64,000 bases of DNA from Felis catus (GCF_018350175.1 NC_058368.1:5456001-5520000); one strand, 5' to 3'; positions 51,432 through 63,505 are shown, counted from the first letter of the stretch. Numbers and translations are program-made. The notes: generated by a model from the letters alone, not told the origin.

Positions 51432-54400
51432 ATCTAGACGGTGGAGCCTGCATGTTGGCGACTGTAGTTGACTGTAGGCGTGGACCAGAGTACATGCTCT
51501 CTGGATATGCCTGACACAGAGCCCTGGGGAATGCAGACCAGCAATCGTAGAGGAGGACAAACCGGCAAATGAAACTGACATCACTGTCAAGCCAGAGTAG
51601 GGAGAGGTTTTCAGTGTGAGTGGGTGTGCGTCACAGTCAGCTGACATAACCTAAGTGCTAGGATAATGACATTCGGTAGGAGGGAAGTTTTTGTGGCGTG
51701 ATAAGGACAGAAGTACTCTGCAAGGTAAATACAGGGCGAGCGAGTAAGGGCATGGGTTTTTGTTGTTGTTTCTGTTTTTTTTAACCCCAAATGTAAATAT
51801 GAGGAAACAGACCCTTGCAAAGGTAGATTACGCAAGCCTGCGCCAGAACACGAACCCATGTATTTGCATCTTGCAGTTGTGTGCGGCTTTTAAAAACCAT
51901 ACCCCTGCCGCCACCAGGCCCCAGCTAATTCTCTCGGTCATTTTGTAAAATCCCCACTTAAGAGGGTCCCTTCTGGTTGGACCAAGAAGAATGAGCTACC
52001 TGTTGGTCTATCAGTATGCAGATAGAGCTGCCCTTCTAGAAGTTACCTACAGCCGATCCCGCTCCTGTAAACCATCCCGTATACTTGGCGGAGACCAGGC
52101 AACACTCTTTGTAAACACGATACTCCTCGCTGAGTCTGAAGACCGTCTCCTGCCCTGGACCGAGAGCATCACGTGTGCTAGCTCCTCATTTAATCTGTGT
52201 ACCAGCCCTCTGATTTCAGAAGTATTATTTCTCTCTAATCCACGAGGAAAACCAAGAGGCCACCCCCCTTCCCCCAGGAAGTGGCGGGCTGAGATTTCTC
52301 ACAGGTACAGGGACAGGGACTGCCAATCTGGAGCACAGGCATGGTATCCCCGCTGTCTTGTCCGATCCTACGGTCTCTGCCTCCTCCAGCCCCATGTCTT
52401 TTTCTGACAGTCGCTGTGGTTTAATCGTTAGGAAGGTTGCAGGGCCGTGGAATTTTGTTATATCCTGTATTTTCATTCTGAGGTCTACCGCCATGGCTGG
52501 GCACGAGAACTTGGCCGGTAGTAAATGATAAAAATGTGTTGCGATGGGAGGAAGGTGGGGAGGCAGAGCGTGTGGGTGTGGGGGAGACACAGAAGAGGAA
52601 GGAAGAGGGATTTGTGAGCCGGGTAGGGAGGGGGCCGGGCCTGGAGGGCCCCTCGAACGTGTCTGTGTCCCCTAAACACATCTGTTTTTAGCTGGCTTGC
52701 TTCTGCTAACAGTTTCTCCATTTACATATGTAAGAACTACAGGCAACAAGACTGGAATGGAGGGCTCATGCCACTTGGCCCCCCGCCAGCTTTGATTTCA
52801 AGCTGACAACTTTCTGGATGTAATACAAGATTTATACTCGTTTGTTTCTCCTAATGAGGTGGCAAGATAAGGCTGCGTCTGTTACGGCTGCTCAGCACAG
52901 GGTGTGTGAACGTCGGTCCTCTTTTTGAAAAGAAACACGAAAACGTGAAACTTCCAAGGTCTAAACGTGGCGTGAACTAGCACGCCGGTGATTGGGCTCG
53001 TTGCACGTCAGCTGCTCTCACCTGGTGGGGGAGTGCCGGTGTGGAAGGTGGGTTGGCACGTGAAGTTGGCGGGTGAAAGCTCTTTTCTCTTGAACTCTGG
53101 AGCAGGAGAGTCACGTCCCGCGTTACAGGAGGGGAAGGAAACGGCCCGGCGTTTCTCTCCGATGTCTGAACAAGCCCTTCCTGGTCAGAGCCTGGATGCC
53201 AGCCCTCCGTGGCGCTTGCTAACAGGTCGCTAGGCATCTTGGCGGTGTGTCAGGGGGCGATGGGGACAGCCGTTCGTCAGAGGCGTTCCCCGCCTCCCGC
53301 CTGACTGCTTCTCTGTCCTGCCTGGAGCTTCTTGACCTCGTGCTCTTACTTGCAAGGGAAATTCTGTTCTCCCTCGGTCAAATCATATGGAAACAGGGAC
53401 AGAAAGGCTTAAAGCGTGAAACCTGTGGCTGCTTCTTTCTTACTCTATAACCGGGTAAACTGAGAGATGAGAACAGCCTTCGTATAGCATAGAAGGAGGC
53501 TTTCTTTTTCTTTTTTTTTTTTTTCATAGCACTTTTTGACAAGTTCAACTTGGTTTGGAGAAGAGCCACACAGATGGAAAACCGTAGAAAGACAGTAAAT
53601 AAAATGTAACATAAATGGCAAGTTTACCACTTGGAGCTTGATGGTATTGGGATTTGTATGCTGTCTCCCGTTTTATTTAAGGAGAAATAAACTTCACGTT
53701 AATGAAGTTGGCAGATGATCCCAAATCAGAGGAGATTTCAAAAACGTGGAAGGGCAGAAATATTATAATTATGCCTTTAGGAGATTAAAAATATAGGCAG
53801 GAAATAACAAAATGAGATACAGCTTGTAAAATGCACACTCATGCAACTGGGGAAAAATAATGTGAAATGCAGAAGCCGAATGACCAGAAGAAATGTGTAA
53901 CAAAATGCCGAAGAATAACAGTACGTGCCAGTATCCACCGGACCCCGAAGTATACTACCGTGGACGGACCATTGGGGGCCACCTACGCTGCTCATCCGCA
54001 ATAAAGAGACGGTTTGGCCTGCAGAAAGGACAGTCAGCGGTGTTTATTTTGGTTTCCATAATTTCCCTGTTGAGGAGCTAAGGAGACCAGAAGGCGGTCA
54101 CTGGTAGAAACCGACATAACACCAGGGAGGATGGGAGTGTAACAGCAGAGGTGAGGAAGGGCTGAATGCAGACTGTGATACTGGGGTTGGTCAACAACAG
54201 ATGGACCTCAAGGAAACCTAGGAGGCGAGATCAGGCTGAAGATCCAAGGAGGAGGCAAGAGAAGTTGCAGATGGCTTCCCGGCGGGGGCTTGGTGGAGGG
54301 GGTGTCACCATGATACCCCCAAGAGGGTTAAACAAGCAGGTCCAGGAAAGATCGTCTCACGTATGTTGATTGGCGGAAGCTAAAGGGCTCTTGAGCTGTA

Positions 54401-54735
54401 GGACTTTCTAGTATGCAAATGGATGTTTAGTCCAGCTGGATGAGTTGTAAGCTAATTTGACGTGTCAGTGATCGATACAGAATGTCAAGTGCTTCTATCA
54501 GGTAGACCTTTACATTTTATCCCAGAAGGCCGAAAAATGTGAGCATCTCAGACATCTGGCCAAAACAAGAAAGCCAGTCTTTAAGTATTCCTTTCTTTCC
54601 ATAAGACAACGCTTATTCACTTTTCTTAAATATAGCTATAGTAGATCTGTTTTAAAAATCAGACACTTACGAACACACGTGACTTTTCAGAACTATGTAA
54701 GAAAAGAGCTATTTTTAAGGATAAAATGAGTTCTT

Positions 54736-54905
54736 GGACCCCCGGGTGGCTCAGTCGGTTGAGCATCCGACTTCGGCTCAGGTCATGATCTCACGTGCAC
54801 TGAAAGCCCAGAGCCTGCTTCGGATTCTCTGTCTCCCTCTCTCTCTCTGCCCCTCCCCGCTCTCTCTCAAAAATAAGACTAAACATTAAACATTTTTTTT
54901 AAAAA
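54736..54905 (+). mobile_element. Can-SINE with an internal deletion removing the B box
   Basis: catgatctcacg joins directly to tgcactgaaagcccagagcctgc; TSD ATAAAATGAGTTCT at 54721-54734 and 54906-54919. Confidence 0.9.
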
Positions 54906-55988
54906 ATAAAATGAGTTCTCATATTTTAGTTTCACAGGCAAGACCTTTGTCTGAAGAGAAAGTTTAAAAATCAACTACTTCTAGAAGATGATGGAAATGT
55001 GGATGAGTCCAGGATGTAAATTTCACATTCTAAGAATGCTGATGATGTGTGAACCTGAAATCAGATCGTTGCTTAGTTTCTCAAAATATTGGGATTGATA
55101 ATCTCCCTTGGTCATAATTAGCAGTTAATGAGCAGAGTATCCAAAATAGAAGTGTCCCTGAGACAAATGAAACATACACGCAAGCAACATTTTCCTGAAT
55201 TTGAAAGCTTAGGGAAGTTTAGTTACTGATTCAAGTAAAATGCAGCCTTCACGAACTGAGGGCTCAATGTCATGACGCGTGCGGGAAGGCACTGGACCCA
55301 GGGATCAGGAGAATTGTGTTCTGAGGCGGGATCTGCCCCCCTCACTGAGTTCTGACAAGGCTCTGGAGATGCCTGACTCCAAGGCCACCGTACCTGAGGG
55401 CAGGATCCTGCCTTCTTCTCATTCTTTGTGGTAGGAGGTCTAAGTGATTACCGATGGAAATCCCAGCAGCCTTTCTTAGGGATATTTCTGAAAGTCAAAT
55501 TCCTCAACGTGACTCTGAGGTGTATAAGATAAGGTACGTATTTAAAATACCTTGTTAATGTCAGCAACGACCATGTGACTCAAGCAGATAACAAATAGGG
55601 ACACACGTGTGCTTCGTCACAAGATAGTTATGTGGCAAGGCAGGGGCTCCTTAGAAACCAAGGCTTTGGCTTGCTTGAATCCCCCCCCTACTTTTCTTAC
55701 TGGTGGTGAATCTTCTGGATCATTTATTCTGAGGAATATGCACTGGGACCTCGTAACCAGGGATTTGTTTTTTAGAGAAGATGGAAGAAACAGTGGTTTG
55801 GAAAAGGCCCTTGGAAGTTTAAGAGAAGGCCACTGCTGCCCTTCTAGTCTCCACGACACGACATGGGGGCAACGTGTCGTGCACACAGGAGCGGGCGTGG
55901 CTTTGTGGCACAGGCTTTCCTGGGGGGGGGGTCAGGCTCTAGTTTGGGAGGTGGGGGATTTTTGAGGACATGGAGGATGGTAGGGGGC

Positions 55989-56321
55989 GTTATGGGCTGA
56001 ATTGTGTGTGTGTCCCGTCCAGTAGGCCTCCCCTTCCACGAAGGGGAATTTTGAACACAGGCACATGGGAAGAACACCATGTGAAGACGAAGGCACAAGT
56101 CGGCATGATGTTTCTGCAAGCCGAGGAAGATAGCTGCTAAACCACCAGGAGCTGAGAGAGGCAGGCATGGAGCAGGTCCTCCCTCACAGCCCTCAGAAGG
56201 AGCCTGCCGACTCCTTGGCCTCAGGCTTCCAGCCTCCAGAACTGTGAGACCAGCAATTTCTCTCGTCTAAGCCATCCAGCTTACGCCATTTTGTGGTGGC
56301 AGCCGGAGGAGACGAATACGA
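55989..56321 (+). mobile_element. MLT1 (MLT1B/C-like) MaLR LTR, internally deleted
   Basis: tatgggctgaattgtgt..ccatgtgaagacgaaggca..ctccctcacagccctcagaagga..cttccagcctccagaactgtgaga. Confidence 0.85.
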
Positions 56322-56943
56322 AAGGAGACGGTGTCCCGAAGGAGAAATTCTTGTAGGATTCCAACAGTGGTGGAGGTTCGGGTCACAGGAAAGGAAGCTC
56401 AGAGAGCAAGCTTGAGGATGTGGACGAGATAACAAGATTTGCTCCCACCGTGGGTGGCCACAGTATGTGAGGACATAGCTTCGCTTTGACACGTGGAACT
56501 TTCCGGTCACGTTTTTCGCGTGTGGTGCTGGGGGTTGCGTCAGTTTCTGGCAGACGTGGGACTGGAAAAGCTTAAAGAAACATCAGGCAAATGTGTCTTG
56601 AGGTGTCGAGCAGCACCCCGGACCATTCTGCAGCGATTTGTTCTGAAGCCTTTCAGCAAGTTGATCAATTTCCTCCACTTCACCTGTTGCTGAGTTTTTC
56701 TGAACCTTAACAAGAATGCTAATTAGTTGTGAAAACCTATATTGATGAATGAGGTGAAGGTCCCCCGAGGAACACGTATCCCATCAGTTAACAGTTGATT
56801 TATTCGTTGACGGAATGTCCTTGGAAAGCACATTGCGGGTTATGAGGAAAGGTTTTGAAACGTCGTAGGATGTAAGCTAATCCTGTGACCACATCTATTC
56901 AAAGAAAAAGCATATACTGCCTTTTCGCATAGTAGAAACTTTT

Positions 56944-57166
56944 TTTTTTTAAATTTTTTTTTTCAACGTTTATTTATTTTTGGGACAGAGAGAGACAGAG
57001 CATGAACGGGGGAGGGCCAGAGAGAGAGGGAGACACAGAATCAGAAACAGGCTCCAGGCTCCGAGCCATCAGCCCAGAGCCCGACGCGGGGCTCCAACTC
57101 ACGGACCGCGAGATCGTGACCTGGCTGAAGTCAGACGCTTAACCGACTGTGCCACCCAGGCGCCCC
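56944..57166 (-). mobile_element. Young Can-SINE
   Basis: TSD TAGTAGAAACTTTT at 56930-56943 and 57167-57180. Confidence 0.96.
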
Positions 57167-58048
57167 TAGTAGAAACTTTTAAAGTCATTTATTGTTTGCT
57201 GTTGTGGCTCTGGTTTCATAATTTTTATCAAGCAACATGCCCCGATATGTGCCTTGACCTTACAAGAGGGAAGAGACCGCGGTCCATTCTCCCCAAGTAT
57301 GAATTTTCTGGAGCAGTTGCCCGATTCTTTCCGGTTCCTCAGCTTAAAAACCACTCTGAAGGCAGTAGATTTTATTTAGCCCCGAAGCTGTAGTTAGAAT
57401 ATTTTTCTTCCTTCTCCTCTGTTTTTGTCCCTAGTAAAATAAACGGAGATATGTGGCGCTCACCCGCCCTGCTTGCTCTTTCCTGCCCCCCCCCCACATG
57501 TGTGTCAGCCAAATATGCAGGTTGGTGGGGTCAAGAATGCCAGCGGGAAATGCACGCTGCACATACAAATGTGTTTTCAGACATTTCATTTAGAATGCGC
57601 TTTCCTTAGCCCTTTTGAAGGGACAGAGATGGAGGAAAGACACATTTCATTTTTATATATACACTTGGTTCCATATTTAGAGATGATGAGATCATTTCGA
57701 TTTCTTCGGTGAAGTTAACAACTAAAAGACAATAGCAGGCTGATACTTAGAGTGAGAATTAAGATGGCCTCATTGATCCCAACCCAGCTGTGCCCTTATT
57801 ATGTGACCTTGGTTAGAAATCTCAAAAGCCACTGTGGTGAGAGTAATGTGCAGCAGACTGTGTTTGTAAGAACACGCTCATTACAAGGCATACAGGGAAG
57901 TTAAAAGTATGTTCATCCAGAGGGAGATACCTGAGTTTTCTTATCTTTGCTAATTGGACACGGGTTGCATTTTCAGAGGAAAAGATGTTAGATACATTTT
58001 TAAGACTGTGGTGCCATTTCCCTGCAGACAATACAAAGGGCAGTCGTT

Positions 58049-58472
58049 AAGTCAGAGAAAGACAGATAACGTATGATAGCACTTATATGTGGACTTTAAG
58101 AATGCCGAACTCCTAGAAACAGAGACTAGCATGGTGATTATCAGCGGCCGGGGAGTAGGGAAAAGGGGAGGTGTTGGTCAGAGAGTATAAACTTGCAGCT
58201 GTAAGACGAATAAGTTCTGGGGATCTCATGTACAGCATGGCCATTAAAGTTAACAATGCTGTGTTACATGCTTGCAAGTTGCTCAGAGAATAGATCTTAA
58301 ATGTTCTCTCCACAAAAAAGAAATGGCAATTATGTGATATGATGCAGGTGTTCCCTAAGACGATGGTGGTAATCATTTTGCAGTGTATCAGTGTACCAAA
58401 TCAACATGTTGTTTGCCTTAAACTTATACAATGTTACATGTCAATTACATCTCAGTAAAGCTGGGGGAAAGG
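58049..58472 (+). mobile_element. L1MA9-like 3' end
   Basis: cagagaaagacaga..cacttatatgtgga..aataagttctggggatctcatgtacagcatgg..gatcttaaatgttctc..ccttaaacttatacaatgttacatgtcaattacatctcagtaaagctgg. Confidence 0.88.
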
Positions 58473-58534
58473 GAAATTAACACCTTTGGAGAAAACTACA
58501 GTGATTTTATGGTTGTGTTACGTGACTGAGAGGA

Positions 58535-58536
<2 letters not shown>

Positions 58537-58572
<36 letters not shown>
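58537..58572. repeat. (CA)n microsatellite
   Basis: About 18 units read directly. Confidence 0.96.
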
Positions 58573-58575
<3 letters not shown>

Positions 58576-59159
58576 GGAGAGCACTAGAGCAGGGACCCAC
58601 CTGTTCTGATTTGACTTTGGCATCGTAGGGATTAGGCGGGAGTGTTGATGGCACATGATTCACCTCCCCACTTGTTGTCCTGAGGCTGATGACAAACCAT
58701 GTCCATTAGGCTGCAAGCTGATTTGTGTCGATGCAAAGTGTCATGCTTGGTGAGAGGGAAGCCAGCCCAGAACGTAAAGTGAATCGTACCATTAACTTGT
58801 CTTTATTTATATCCTGTTTTGGTTCTAAAAACCAGACATAAGATGCTTACGTTTGATTTGGCATAATTCTCGGGACTATCTTATGAGGACTTGGGAAATC
58901 TCATTTGCTTGGTCTAAATCCGTCTATGTCCTGAGCTATATGTCTGCTCTGTGACTGAGTGTGGAATTTCCCTAGTGACTGGGGACACGCGGGGGTGTTT
59001 GCATGTAAAGGTAAATATGAATTCAGCCAAGATGTAGTTAATACAAAGGTATGGTAATGGGGTAATCTTTAAGGAGTGAAGCAAATGCTGCACAAGTGAG
59101 ATAAGTGCCAGGATCCAGTTCTAGTAGAACTTTATTGCTTATGCTTTTTAAATATGATT

Positions 59160-59413
59160 TTTTTTTAATTTTTTTTAACGTTTTATTTATTTAAAAAAAT
59201 TTTTTTTCAACGTTTATTTATTTTTGGGACAAAGAGAGACAGAGCATGAACAGGGGAGGGGCAGAGAGAGAGAGGGAGACACAGAATCGGGAACAGGCTC
59301 CAGGCTCTGAGCCATCAGCCCAGAGCCCGATGCGGGGCTCGAACCCACGGACCGCAAGATCGTGACCTGAGCCGAAGTCGGCCGCCCAACCGACTGAGCC
59401 ACCCAGGCGCCCC
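59160..59413 (-). mobile_element. Can-SINE with a doubled tail
   Basis: TSD TAAATATGATT at 59149-59159 and 59414-59424. Confidence 0.94.
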
Positions 59414-59430
59414 TAAATATGATTGTTTTT

Positions 59431-59662
59431 TTTTTTTAATTTTTTTTTTAATTTTTTTTCAACGTTTATTTATTTTTGGGACAGAGAGAGACAGAGCATG
59501 AATGGGGGAGGGGCAGAGAGAGAGGGAGACACAGAATCGGAAACAGGCTCCAGGCTCCGAGCCATCAGCCCAGAGCCCGATGCGGGGCTCGAGCTCACGG
59601 ACCGCGAGATCGTGACCTGGCTGAAGTCGGACGCCCAACCGACTGCGCCACCCAGGCGCCCC
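59431..59662 (-). mobile_element. Young Can-SINE abutting the previous one
   Basis: TSD ATTGTTTTT at 59422-59430 and 59664-59672. Confidence 0.94.
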
Positions 59663-59731
59663 AATTGTTTTTAAGCAAACAAACACAAGCCCGAGTTTCA
59701 TCCTCTAGTTCAGTTTCGTAAGGTTATTTTA

Positions 59732-59770
59732 TGTGTATGTGTGTGTGTGCCTGTGTGTGTGTGCGTGTGT
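59732..59770. repeat. Interrupted (TG)n microsatellite
   Basis: tgtgtatgtgtgtgtgtgcctgtgtgtgtgtgcgtgtgt. Confidence 0.85.
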
Positions 59771-60294
59771 ACCAGAAAGGATATTTTAGTAAAAGAGAAA
59801 TAGTGTAAGAATAAATTTCTCTGGTTTTGACAGAATGCTAAGCATAGGGCTGACTTAATCCTATAAAGTTTGTGCCCTGTGTTGTTTTCACCACACCGTG
59901 GGTGTGACCTCTCCTTCTCCTGCTGTGACCCTTTATCAGAAGGCCATTCAGTACCCGGGAGGGTCCCCACTGCATGTGCTCTCCAGAAGAGACTTTAAAA
60001 CCCAGGTAGTGTAATCCGTACTCCTCATTTTTCTAGCTGCAGGTGCCATGCCAGCCACATTCTCTGTGTCATTCTTCATGAGCTAAGGGTAAAGCCCACT
60101 CAAGACTAAAAACCTAAAAACAGAAGCTCCAGTGACAACACGGAAGACTTGTTTAGCGCGTTCAGGGATTTGCATACTGACATAAACTTAATGCAGAATG
60201 GATGGCAGCTCGTGGGCGTCTTCCTTGGTTATTTGACTTGGGAAATGAGAAGAGAAGATAAAGTAACGAAGCTGTTAAAAGAATTTGAATTTCA

Positions 60295-60483
60295 GGGGCG
60301 CCTGGGTGGCTCCGTTGGTCAGGCATCCAACTTCGGCTCAGGTCATCATCTCGCGGTCTGTGAGTTCGAACCCCGAGTCGGGTTCTGTGCTGACAGCTCG
60401 GAGCCTGGAGCCTGCCTCAGATTCTGTGTCTCCTTCTCTCTGCTCCTCCCCTATTTGCGTTATCCTTCTCCCTTTCTCTCCCT

Positions 60484-60542
<59 letters not shown>

Positions 60543-60605
60543 CCTCTCTCTCCCTCTCTCTCTCTCTCTCAAAAATAAATAAACATTAAAAAAAATTTTT
60601 TTTAA
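60295..60605 (+). mobile_element. Can-SINE with an expanded (CT)n region
   Basis: Head, B box, about 100 bp of CT tract, tail; TSD TTGA[A/G]TTTCAG at 60285-60295 and 60608-60618. Confidence 0.93.
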
Positions 60606-60659
60606 ACTTGAGTTTCAGCTCAGACTTTTTATGTCCCTTTTTGTACACATAACAATATC

Positions 60660-60884
60660 TTTTTTTTTTTAATTTTTTTTTCAACGTTTATTTATTTTTG
60701 GGACAGAGAGAGACAGAGCATGAACGGGGGAGGGGCAGAGAGAGAAGGAGGCACAGAATCAGAAACAGGCTCCAGGCTCTGAGCCATCAGCCCAGAGCCT
60801 GACGCGGGGCTCGAACTCACGGACCGCGAGATCGTGACCTGGCTGAAGTCGGACGCTTAACTGACTGCGCCACCCAGGCGCCCC
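60660..60884 (-). mobile_element. Young Can-SINE with no recognisable TSD
   Basis: Near-consensus body; flanks acataacaatatc and tagttttgtttattc do not match. Confidence 0.95.
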
Positions 60885-61039
60885 TAGTTTTGTTTATTCT
60901 AAAGAGATTCATTGGGTTTTTAAAAATGCATTGAGCTAATAGTTCAGAAAACCTGAGAGTTAGCTACTAACATGTTTGTAGTTCGTTCTGATTTGAGAGT
61001 CAGTTTGGCTTAAATTCCAACTTAAAAAAATTAAGGAGA

Positions 61040-61224
61040 GGGGCGCCTGGGTGGCTCACTTGGTTAAGCGATTAAGCGTCTGACTCTCTCTCGGTTTCGG
61101 CTCAGGTCACGATCTCCGGGTTCTCAAGTTCGAGGCCCTCTGGTGCTTGGGATTCTCTCTCTCCTTCTCTCTCTGCCTCTCCCCTCGCTGCCCTCCACCT
61201 CTCAAAATAAATAAGTAAACATTA
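61040..61224 (+). mobile_element. Older Can-SINE, internally deleted
   Basis: ggggcgcctgggtggctcacttggttaagcg; TSD AAAAAAATTAAG[G/T]AGA at 61024-61039 and 61225-61240. Confidence 0.88.
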
Positions 61225-62249
61225 AAAAAAATTAAGTAGAGATACACTTGCACTAGATGTTGGCTGTGTTTTCATGACAGTCTAGATAGATGGTATTATT
61301 GAACATTGTGAATAGACTAAATGATCTCAATCAAGAAAATCCACTCATAGTAGAGAAATTATTTTTCAGTGAAAGGAGGTGATAGGATTTTTCCCCATGT
61401 TACTTCTCGTGGAAGATTTTTCAGCAGACCGGTCAGAGTTCTGCCCAATTGTTTTGAAGGTTCCTAAGAACCAACCTGATTTTTCTCCTCACTACACGTC
61501 TGAATTCCCTTAAGCTTTTGGAACTTTTTTCCGTTTTAAATGTTGCACACACTCTTCGGTTTGACCATTGAATGAAATGTTTTGACATTTAAGGGGAAAA
61601 AATCCTATAAGCATTAATCAACGTAAGATATTTGTTGCTTTTTCATTCGACCCCATCCAGCTTTCATCCTGACATGCACCCATCCTGGAGGCCCCGGCGG
61701 CTTGTGTAATTGTTTAGTGCAGAGCGCGGTTTGATCTCTTGTGCTTTCAGTGCTGGTAAATTAATCAAAAGGAGTTACTGCTCTGCTGGGCATTAGCATG
61801 GGTTTAGATGTTTCTGCTTCAGGGCCTGTTCATCAACGAAAATGCTTTTAAGCCCCAAGTGGAGAGTAAACAGTATCGTTGCGGCCGCTTTGAGGTGAGC
61901 CATGACTTGTGACCCGCCTACGTTTGGGAAGAGGCCCGTTGGTATTAGCGGCTATTCTGGTTTGGCTTGCAGCATTTCCAAAATGTTTTTTCTCCTCCTT
62001 TTATTTTAACGTCCTTAGTATTTGCGAAGAGCCGCTCCTACCGTCATCACCGCACATTCATACCAGAGGCATTTCGATCTCGATACGTGGAGATCAAAAT
62101 AAGGAAACCCAGTGTGGTCCCATGCCAACATTCCTATGAAGTTTGAAATCTAACATATGTGTCATAACCAGCGTTTGTCTTTAGAGGACAATGAAATTAC
62201 ACTACCAACTGAGACAGAAGTCATCACCTGTAATACAGAGCAGTTCTTT

Positions 62250-62432
62250 GGGGCATGTGGGTGGCTCAGGCGGTTGAGCATCTGACTCTTGATTTTGGCT
62301 CGGATCACGATCCCCAGATTGGGATCCCACGCTCAGTGTGGAGCCTGCTTAGGATTCCCTCCCTCCCTCCCTCCCCAACCCCCCCCCCGCCCCTCTCCCA
62401 TGGGCACACTCTCTCTCAAAAATAAAAAAATA
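62250..62432 (+). mobile_element. Older Can-SINE
   Basis: ggggcatgtgggtggctcaggcggttgagcatctgactcttgatttt; TSD AGAGC[A/G]GTTCTT. Confidence 0.87.
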
Positions 62433-62499
62433 AGAGCGGTTCTTATTAAAATTGTAGTTGGGTTTTTTTTTTTCCCCATTAGACACAAGTCGATACTCT

Positions 62500-62730
62500 T
62501 ATTATCATTGGCACTCTTTGTGCCAAGCATTGTACCAGGTGCCAAGATCCAAAAGAAAATAGTCTTTGCTTTCCAGGAATTAGTCCCTTGAGAAAGACAC
62601 ATATATAAGTCATTTCAGGGTGATGAGGTGTGTGTGCCGATTGAGGGATTGACCAGGGGGCTCTAGGTTAGGTCGAGAGGGTGGGTCCTCTCCCAAGGAG
62701 ATGACGTTGGAGCTGGTCTTCAAAATGAGT
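62500..62730 (-). mobile_element. L2 3' fragment
   Basis: cactctttgtgccaagcattgtaccaggtgc..tctttgctttccaggaattag..ctctcccaaggagatgacgttggagctg. Confidence 0.55.
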
Positions 62731-62927
62731 GGAAGGTAGTGGAGGGGGGGTGGGGGGAGACAGGGAGTTGGATGAGAAGATTTGTCAGGAAAAGCAGGGC
62801 AGTAAGACCATGGGGGGGGTAAGGTGGGGCATGGGCGTTGTCAGGGAGGCAGTGTCTGGAAAGGAGCTCCGTGAGGCACTCGGTGCTCAGGAACCTTTTT
62901 TTTTTTTTTTTTAAGAAATTTATTGTA

Positions 62928-63151
62928 GGGGCGCCTGGGTGGCGCAGTCGGTTAAGCGTCCGACTTCAGCCAGGTCACGATCTCGCGGTCCGTGAGTTCG
63001 AGCCCCGCGTCAGGCTCTGGGCTGATGGCTCAGAGCCTGGAGCCTGTTTCCCATTCTGTGTCTCCCTCTCTCTCTGCCCCTCCCCCGTTCATGCTCTGTC
63101 TCTCTCTGTCCCCAAAAAAATAAATAAACGTTGAAAAAAAAATTAAAAAAA
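62928..63151 (+). mobile_element. Young Can-SINE
   Basis: Perfect TSD AAGAAATTTATTGTA at 62913-62927 and 63152-63166. Confidence 0.97.
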
Positions 63152-63359
63152 AAGAAATTTATTGTAATTTAATATAGTGGTCTGAGTTCAGAGAAATAAA
63201 GGGGAAATTATGTGTTTGAAACATTAACTTTGCAGCCCAAATATGGAAGAGACTCAAAAAACCAGAAAATAAAAATAAAACCAGGCATACACAGGAAAGC
63301 AGACAATTCTAGATATAGACATAATGCTCCCCTCAGGGTCTATTACTATTACATGGTTT

Positions 63360-63505
63360 TAGCAGTTTTGTGGAGGTATAATGGATATGCAAAAACGGCA
63401 GGTGCTTGGTGTGTACAATTTGGTGAGTTTGGACAAACACAAATACCCGTGAAACCATCACCACAGTCAAAGTTAATGGACGTGTACTCATCACCTCCTA
63501 AAATG
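63360..63505 (-). mobile_element. L1MA-type terminal fragment
   Basis: cagttttgtggaggtataat..gtgtacaatttggtgagtttggaca..acccgtgaaaccatcaccacagtcaa..catcacctcc. Confidence 0.7.

Noticed and set aside
18059..63134. Recurrent ORFs with shared peptides (GQRETEHERGRGRER, SVRLQPGHDLAVREFEPRV, MAQSVERPTSAQV)
   Set aside because: These are translations of Can-SINE copies, not a gene family.
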